Of a stretch of DNA of 64,000 nucleotides, positions 37,024 through 64,000 are shown one piece after another. The first letter of the stretch is position 1, and each line of letters begins with the position of its first letter. Location of the stretch: contig CAVNZM010000003.1 of NCBI GenBank assembly GCA_963693365.1, positions 2,258,768 to 2,322,767 of the forward strand, given 5' to 3'. The position numbers and the translations under genes are program-made. Origin of the DNA: Amoebidium appalachense (Eukaryota > Protista > Ichthyosporea). Under the pieces are notes generated by a model, which saw nothing but the letters and a program-made list of their open reading frames with translations, was not told the origin of the DNA and ran no database searches.

Positions 37024-39544
37024 ATGGCCGGAGAGACCAGCATATTCAACGGCGGGAGCCCTTTGCAAACAGCAATAGCCCTCCTCCTCGTGCAGATTAT
37101 TCTCATTGTTCTCATCAGCCGTTTTCTCGCCATCTTTCTTCGCCGCCTCCACCAACCCACCGTCCTTGCAGAGGTTTTGGGCGGAATCATTCTTGGTCCT
37201 TCTGCCTTGGGACGAATCCCGGGCTTTCTCGACACCATCTTCCCCCCGAAATCTCTGCCCGTTCTCAAGGGTGTTGCCGATCTCGGTTTGGTGATGTTCC
37301 TGTTCATCGTCGGGCTGGAGCTGGAACTCACCCTCCTTCGTCGCACAGCCAAGCTGGCCACGATGGTGTCCATCGCGGGCATTATCCTTCCTTTCCTCGC
37401 CGGGTTTGGCGTTGCAAAGGTTCTCTGGGATGTTCTCGGCACACCAGACATCAGGGTTGGCTACTGGACGTTTGCGTGTTTTATCGCAGTGGCCATGAGC
37501 ATTACGGCCTTCCCCGTTTTGGCCCGCATGCTTGCCGAGTTCAAGCTGTACTCCACCCCTGTGGGCGTCACTTCCATCACTGCTGCTGCGGTCGATGACG
37601 TCATTGCTTGGTGCTTCCTCGCCTTGGTGGTGGCCATTAGCAGGTCTCAGGGGGATTCCCCCGTCGTTGTTGTTTACGTCATATTGTGCACAGGGGCATT
37701 TGCCCTGTTCATGTTGTTTGGCGTGCGGCCCCTGTTGGAAAAACTCTATCAGAGGACTGTGGGCGATGGCGATAATGGGTCGGAAAAGGCTCATATTCCT
37801 ATAAAGTGGGTGGTTATGGCGTTTATGATAACATGCTCCAGCGCGTTTGTAACGGAGGCACTTGGCGTGCATGCGATTTTTCGGCGGGTTTTTGGCAGGT
37901 TTGACTATGCCCCGCCGTGGTGGTTTTGCCGTGGGTCTGATCGAGAAAATCGAGGACTTCATCACCATTGTTATGCTTCCACTTTACTTTACGTTTTCCG
38001 GTCTTCGCACGCAAATTACCGCGGTTAATACAGCGGAGGGTTGGGGTGTTGCTATCCTCGTTATCGTGTGCGCATGTTCCAAGATTGTCGGTGCAACGGG
38101 AACGTGCCTGGCCTTCCGTCTTCCCTTGCGCGAATCCCTTGCCGTAGGCGTCCTAATGAACACAAAGGGTCTGGTGGAGCTCATTGTTCTTAACGTCGGT
38201 TTAGACGCAGGAGCGATAAATCGCCCGGTTTTCGTGGTAATGGTTTTGATGGCACTTGCAACGACCTTTATGACTTCCCCGCTGGTCAAACTGGTCTACC
38301 CGACCAGCTACCAAACCAAGCAGGCGTCAAGAATGTCAAGGAGCAAACGTCCCAGCGACGAATACGAAACACTCCTGTCAGAGCCCCTCTCTTTGGTGGT
38401 GTACCTTGAAACACTGAAGGACGCCGCGTTGGCATTAACGTTCATGAACGCGCTAGGCGGGTTCGGGCATCCTTCAAATGTAAACACAACGAATTTCGGC
38501 AAAAACGGCAGTCAGAATTCCTACGCGGACGGGATTTCTTCTCCGGAGAGTCCAACGTCGCTGCTTTCTCTCTCGGCATTGAAGATGCACACCGTCACGG
38601 ATCGTAACAGCACGGTCCTCCACGCAACCCTTCTGTCAGTGAACAATGGCCAGGGGCCCGTCGATCCAATCCTTCAGAACTTCCGTAACCATGCACGTAC
38701 TTACGGGGTCGAGCCGGCTTGCAAGACAGTTGTCACTACAGAGAACACCTTTGCCGATGACATCATCAATGCGGCGCGGCTTCAGAAGGCAAAGGGTGTG
38801 TTTGTGTCGTGGTCCCCGAGCCAGCTTGAACGTACCACCTCGTCGATGATTTTCAACACCAGCAACAGCAGCAACCGGGACAACCTCGTGTCCTCCCTCG
38901 TGGAAACGTCTCCACTTCCCATGCTTCTGTTTGCGCAAAAGACGTCACTCCCCTCCTACACCTCCCGCTTGCAGCTAGGCGGCCGCGGGCTCCAACACAT
39001 GTTCAACCACGGCAGCGAATACGATTCGTCCGCCGACACCGGTGTAAGCGAAATGGAGACAACCCTAAACATGCACGCACAGACCGTTGCACTCCCTCCC
39101 ATTGGTAGCCGTCGGCGTGTGGTGGTCCCTTACTTCGGCACTGAGGATGACTCGGCTGCCCTGCTCACGGCACTCCGCCTTGTGCGTGTTTCCCCGCATG
39201 CAGTCGTGCACGTGGTCGTGCTCTTGCCCTCCTCTCCTGTTAGCGGCGTCGACGGGGATGGAAAAAAAGTTCTAGGTGGGACTGGAGCCGGACCGACGGA
39301 TTCGATTGGTGTAGGGGCTGAGAGTGCCGAGGTGGACATGGGCCAGTCCATGGGGCGTGGGAGAGACACGTGCTTGGCGCTGGCAGAGAGATTGGTGCAG
39401 GATGAGAGTATGGGGGTGGCCGTGGTGGTCACAAGACACCACACAGACACACCCATGGACGTCATTTCTGCTGCAATTGCTACGTGTGGACGTGCTAATT
39501 CCACAGGTAGGCGCAACTCCCAAATGCTCCCATTCTTTTGTGAG

Positions 39545-39589
<45 letters not shown>

Positions 39590-40015
39590 CGCTCGCTCGC
39601 TCGCTCTCGCTCTCTCTCTCTCTCTCTCCCCCCCCCTCTCCCCCTCCCTCCCCCTCCCCTCCCCCCTCTCCCTCTCTCCCCCTCCCTCCTCCCCCCTCTA
39701 CCTTTAATTAACTTGCTCTCTCTCTCCACCTCACTTACGCACACATACTTTCCATTAACTCTCTGTCTCCTTGTACCTCTGTCTCTCAATATCTACATAT
39801 CCCTCTCTCTGTCTGTCGGTTTCAGAGCAGTTTAACTCTCCTTCCTTTCCAACTATCCCCTAAGCTTTGTTTTTGGAGGAATTTGTGCTACGTACCGTTA
39901 ACATCTCTGTGTCCAGCCCTTTTCGCTCCCCAGTGCTCTTCTGTGTCCGTGGAGGGTCTGGTGGGTTGTGTGTCTGTGTGAGTGGGTAGTAATGTGTTCA
40001 AGCAGGCCTCAGTCA

Positions 40016-40061
<46 letters not shown>

Positions 40062-40068
40062 AAAAAAA

Positions 40069-40108
<40 letters not shown>

Positions 40109-40636
40109 GGAGAGAGAAAAAACGTAAACAAGAGGTGCGAGAAAAAAAAAAGGAAAAAAGAAAATTGTAAAGGTGCCTGATCATGAACTGGACCAGTTCA
40201 AATATTTAGTTGCAAACCCCGCCTCACCTCACACGGAAATAAGAAGCACCCGTTATTCTTATTTTATTTTATTTTTTATATATATATTTTTTTTTCCTCT
40301 TAACACTTTGCTCTTGTCCACAAAGCAAACCGAGCAACCATCACGGAGGAGCAGAACCCCACCGACATCCCCGTAGGTCTTGTGGTATGCGGGCGCCAGT
40401 CCCCCTCTACTATCGACACGTGGGCACACAACGACCAGCTCAAGACGGTCCTTCCAAATATGGAAGGTAGCCACACCGCTATGGAGGATGTGGACGTGGG
40501 GGCACGTGCAGAGGGGGTGTTGGGGGTGGTGGGGGGGAGAGTGTTCATGTATGGTGTGCCTGTGGTGGTGGTAAAGGGGGCAGGGGGCGAAAGGCGTGAT
40601 TTTGGAAGCGGTAGTGTGGCTTCTGAGGATGTGTAA
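37024..40636 (+). CDS. Cation/H+ antiporter, CPA2 family (fungal KHA1 / plant CHX-like); exons 37024-39506 and 40326 (or 40377)-40636
   Basis: LHQPTVLAEVLGGIILGPSALG, FLFIVGLE, SITAFPVLARMLAE, AAAVDDVIAW, GVHAIFGGFLAGL, LPLYFTFSGLRT, LMNTKGLVELIVLNVG; C-terminal VPYFGTEDD and LVVCGR. One extra T in the run 37877-37881 splits the ORF (probable sequence error). GT donor at 39507; both candidate acceptors keep frame. Confidence 0.92.
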
Positions 40637-41756
40637 ATGAAAGTATATGGAGTTGGTGTTTGCCCGTGTAGTATGAATATTCAGTGTTTACGATTATTAT
40701 ACGTAGGCTATGTATGATATGTATGTATGAAATTTAGTAGCGAATCATTCAATAGTTGTTTATTGTGCTAGGTGCAAGTGTGTGACCGTAATATAGAAGC
40801 GATGCAAAAAACAAATTGCCACACCACAACTACAACTCCGACATTAGTCATGGTTATTATTGGATGGCGGGATATCCATATGGATTATCAGCGTCTTGTA
40901 TTAGGCGAGCCTACGCGTACCTGTTGTTATATGTATTGCCTCTGAAGACAATCGCAATGATATGGTGTCGTATATGCAACGACCTCAATACAAAGAGCAA
41001 GCATTGTGTCCTTATGAGTATACCATCAGGGAAAACCCAAGCCTCACCAGACTGAATAGCTGTTTCTCAAATTTGAGTGGTCGGCAACCCTCCTCCCCCT
41101 CCCCCCTCGCCCCCCCCCCTCCCCCCCCGAACATGGCAACACGTGGTTCCTCATATATTACTACAGTTTTTTTCATTGACTAGTACTGGCACCTGAGGGC
41201 AATCGTCCGGGCCACAGAAATAGTATAGAAATAGTATGTGCTCACCAACCCTCACAGAGAAACTCTACCACACGACACATGCAAGTGCACACATGTAATC
41301 CCCACATATGTAGCACACACACACAGACACAGACACCCACCCACACGCACAAAAGCGAGGGCCAGGAAAGGGGGAGGGAGCTTTGGAGGAGGAGGGGGCC
41401 GGGGTGGGTGGGTGGGTGGGTGGGGGGGGGGGGGGGGGAGGGGGGGGGGGAGGGGATGGGGGTGTCGTATTATTAGAGAGGTGGTACGGTAGCCTCAGAC
41501 TCGAAGGGAAACAGGGAATCCGAGAGCGTGAGTGTGGCATGTATTGTAAGTTAACACAGGTTGTGAATTCACACCAGCGCTAGCACCAGTCTAGATCGAG
41601 AGACAGTCTCACACAACCATATACATACACACGCATGCACAACTCCCCCCCCCCCCCCCCCCCCCCCCGTGATTTTTTTGTGACGGATTGTGAGGCTGTC
41701 TGATTTTTGTATTCAATACTTGTTGATTTTGATGGTGGTGGTGGTGGTGGTGGTGG

Positions 41757-41823
<67 letters not shown>

Positions 41824-42230
41824 GACATTCTGGATTGTAAGTTGGAGGTGTATTTTTTTGAAAGGCTCCTGGGGGAGGGAGGGAGGGGGGGGGGGGGGGG
41901 GGGGGTGACTATGTCTGGGTGTGTGCGTGTGTGTGTGTGTGCACGTGTTTGTTTCTGTTTTTTTTTCTTGTTTTTTTTGAGGGGGGGGGGGGGGGGAGGG
42001 GAGGGGGGGGAAGGGGGGGGGCATAACAAATAATGGGAGTTGCACAATGGATCAAACCCGACCACCAATTTCTGTGTGCATGTAGGATAGAGGTTGTTTG
42101 TGTTGGTTTGTTGGTCTTGAGTACTTGCATGCCCCACGTGTAGACTAAAACTATGTACGCCCATCAGCACACACACTGCACAAACACACAAACACACAAA
42201 CGCAAACACACAAATGCACACACACACACA

Positions 42231-42316
<86 letters not shown>

Positions 42317-42327
42317 TGCTAAGCTAG

Positions 42328-42383
<56 letters not shown>

Positions 42384-42659
42384 GCACGCACCCACGTAAG
42401 TATGTGTGTGTGTGCGCGCGGTTGAGTGTGCCTGTGTGTGTTGCCTTTCCGCATTTTCCTGCAACTGCCTGTAATCACGTAACCTTATGCATAAGTGGAA
42501 GTATGATTTATTTTTAACATTTCTGTATGATTGGTTGTGCCCAATTACTGCAGGTGCATCCAGTACACCTTAGACTCCACAAATATAAATGTTCGCTATA
42601 CACCTACTAGTACGGTTATGGCCGCATTTCATACATACCATGTTTACATATGGGATTGG

Positions 42660-42727
<68 letters not shown>

Positions 42728-43387
42728 TTTGGGGGCGGAGGGGGGGCACGCATACTTATGTGAAAGGTAGTGTTCGGTGCAGAACTTTGTGTGTAAGACC
42801 TTAGAGAGCTCCCCGGGGGGGGGGGGGGGGGGGGAGGGGGGGGGGAAGGGGGGGGGGGGGGGGGGGTTTGTAGATTTGATTATCGATGAAAACTCAAACC
42901 TACAAGCACACCATTCATCTCAAGGAAAATTACTTGAAACAAACCTACACGAAAAAGAAAAGGCCAATAGCGATTAGGATTAAGTAAGTACTGGTACGCA
43001 TCGACAGACAAGTAGCAACCAATCAATATCACTTACTGTCATTACCTCTAACCCAACAATCCACATACCACTTGCAATAGAGCTTCATGTCTACCTACAA
43101 AACCAAACCACCTGCCCAGGCTGCCCTCAGAATACTCTGAATCGTGCGCACGTGTGTTTCCATGTCCATGTACACATGTTCATGTTACTCTTGCAGGCAC
43201 TTGCCCTGAGTGCACATGTGTTTGCCAGTGTGCAAGTTTGTTTTGAATGGCCCGTATGCATGTGTGTCTACCGGTACAAACATGTGTTTTGCCCAAGCAC
43301 GCGTGTGCGTGTGTGTTCTGTTCACACGCCTGTTTGTTTTGCCCATGGGCACGTACGTGTGTGTGCGGTGTGTGTGCAGGTGCATTC

Positions 43388-62446
<19,059 letters not shown>

Positions 62447-62529
62447 GGCTCACCGGAGCAGGCGGGGCACGGGGGGTGTGCACTTGACAGCGAACCTGTA
62501 TTGCATGTGTGGACCGTGCGTGTGTGTGT

Positions 62530-62596
<67 letters not shown>

Positions 62597-63362
62597 CGCG
62601 CGCTCGTGTACGCGTGTGTACGCCACGCCCAGGGGCGCACACGTGCGCATGTGTGTGTGTATTGTATGTGTCCTGGGGGGGAGAGGAGAGGGGGGGAAGG
62701 GGAGGGTTTGGGGGGGAGGATATGGAAGGTTAGTACGGGTGGGGGGTTGGCAGGGAGGCCAGGGGCAGAGGGCAGCCGCAGACAAGGATAAGGGGCGCCC
62801 GGGGGGTGGGAGGGGAGGGGGGGGGGTTCGGGTGTGGTTTGTGCCTGTGTCTGTGTTTGTTGTGGGGAGGGAGAGGGGGGAGGGGGGGAGGGGGGGGGGG
62901 GGGGGGGGGTTGGTTGGTTACTATGTCCAGGAGGATATAAAACGATGAACACCCAGATTCATAGCGAAAGCAGGGGGAAAGGTGAGGGGGTGGGGGTAAG
63001 GAGAAGCAGCAAGTGGCTGTGTGGTTGGGCACGTGCAGAATTAGAAGCTTAAATGTGTAAGGTAGAAACTTACATGTGTAAGGGGTGTGTGGCCATTCGT
63101 GTGCAAACACACGGTCATGTTCGCCTATTCATGTGTGCAAACACATTTTTTTGTACTTGTGTATATTCCAGGTCTATCTCTTATTGTATGTGCACGCATA
63201 TAGTTTGCATCGCTCCGTTTTATGTCAAGCGCTTGTTCGTATCTGTGTGAACGAGCCAATACGTATACCAGTTCGTACAGCTCCGGTGTGCACGCGCGCG
63301 CTCGTGTGTGTGTTTGCGCGGTGTGTGTGTATGTGTGTCCGTGTGTGTGTTCGTGTGTTTGT

Positions 63363-63455
<93 letters not shown>

Positions 63456-64000
63456 GTGTGTGTTTGCCCGGATATGTGCAGGTGTGTAAAGGTGCTTCAA
63501 GCAAGCGCACACCCGTAAGTGTCTACAAGCCTGTGTTCGTTCATGCACAGATCAGCTCGACACTCACGTAACACGAACAAAATGCACGAAAAATGAGACA
63601 AAATCCTTTTATTGAAAACCAATTTCGCGCACCAGATGTGAATATGACTCGTACAGCTAAAGAGCATGAACGTAACACCCACGTATGCATCACGAGTTAC
63701 CAAGCCAGAGAACCGAAGCCTGTTGATGGAATGAGTGCAAAAGAAGCAAAACCAAGTTCGCCCCGGTCTATGAATTTCTTCACAGCCTTGCCTCTCTCTG
63801 TCCAGAAAACATAATGTACAAAACGTACCGCTTGCTACTGCCTGGTGACCTAGAGCTTAGCTGTGATGATTGCTTGGTCACCCGATGCGTGTTGAAGCTA
63901 ACTGACGTAGAAGAAAATGGACGTGCCTTAAGTTCAAGTGGTGTGATCGCCGTTCCTTTTCCGCCCGGGCAGTTGAAAAACGCACGCCACAAGCACACAC

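Noticed and set aside
37870-37890. Programmed frameshift or pseudogenisation of the antiporter
   Set aside because: Single extra T in a T5 run within the conserved GVHAIFGGF motif. The window has many similar homopolymer indels, so sequence error is most likely.
63593-63998. Short ORFs at the right edge
   Set aside because: No motifs; more likely the RNGTT promoter or 5' UTR region.

Overview
Eukaryotic DNA with intron-rich genes and very dense poly-G/poly-C, (GT)n/(CA)n and (GA)n tracts; homopolymer indel errors are likely. Bases 1-35.9 kb are a DNA-transposon cluster. (i) A head-to-tail array of at least 2.5 near-identical ~10.97 kb units (1-~27930). Each unit carries a six-exon gene for a ~1520-aa DDE transposase that I assign by motif recall to the Dada superfamily, with an intact WRN-like DEDDy 3'-5' exonuclease inserted inside the catalytic domain. 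The units lack TIRs but have a 7-bp subterminal inverted repeat symmetric about a shared ATTTTT(GG) junction, and no recognisable small-RNA target is visible. (ii) A decayed pogo/Fot1-like element with 24-bp TIRs and a convergent second ORF (27994-30683). (iii) An internally deleted P-element/THAP9-like transposon (32189-35775) whose right end carries stacked 21-bp TIR remnants and a TSD-flanked excision footprint. The rest holds two convergent host genes: a CPA2 (KHA1/CHX-like) cation/H+ antiporter (+, 37024-40636) and a 17-exon bifunctional mRNA capping enzyme RNGTT (-, 62446-43388). The RNGTT introns show duplicated exon edges, complementary simple repeats at opposite ends and a GC donor. 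All family calls come from reading motifs, not from database searches.
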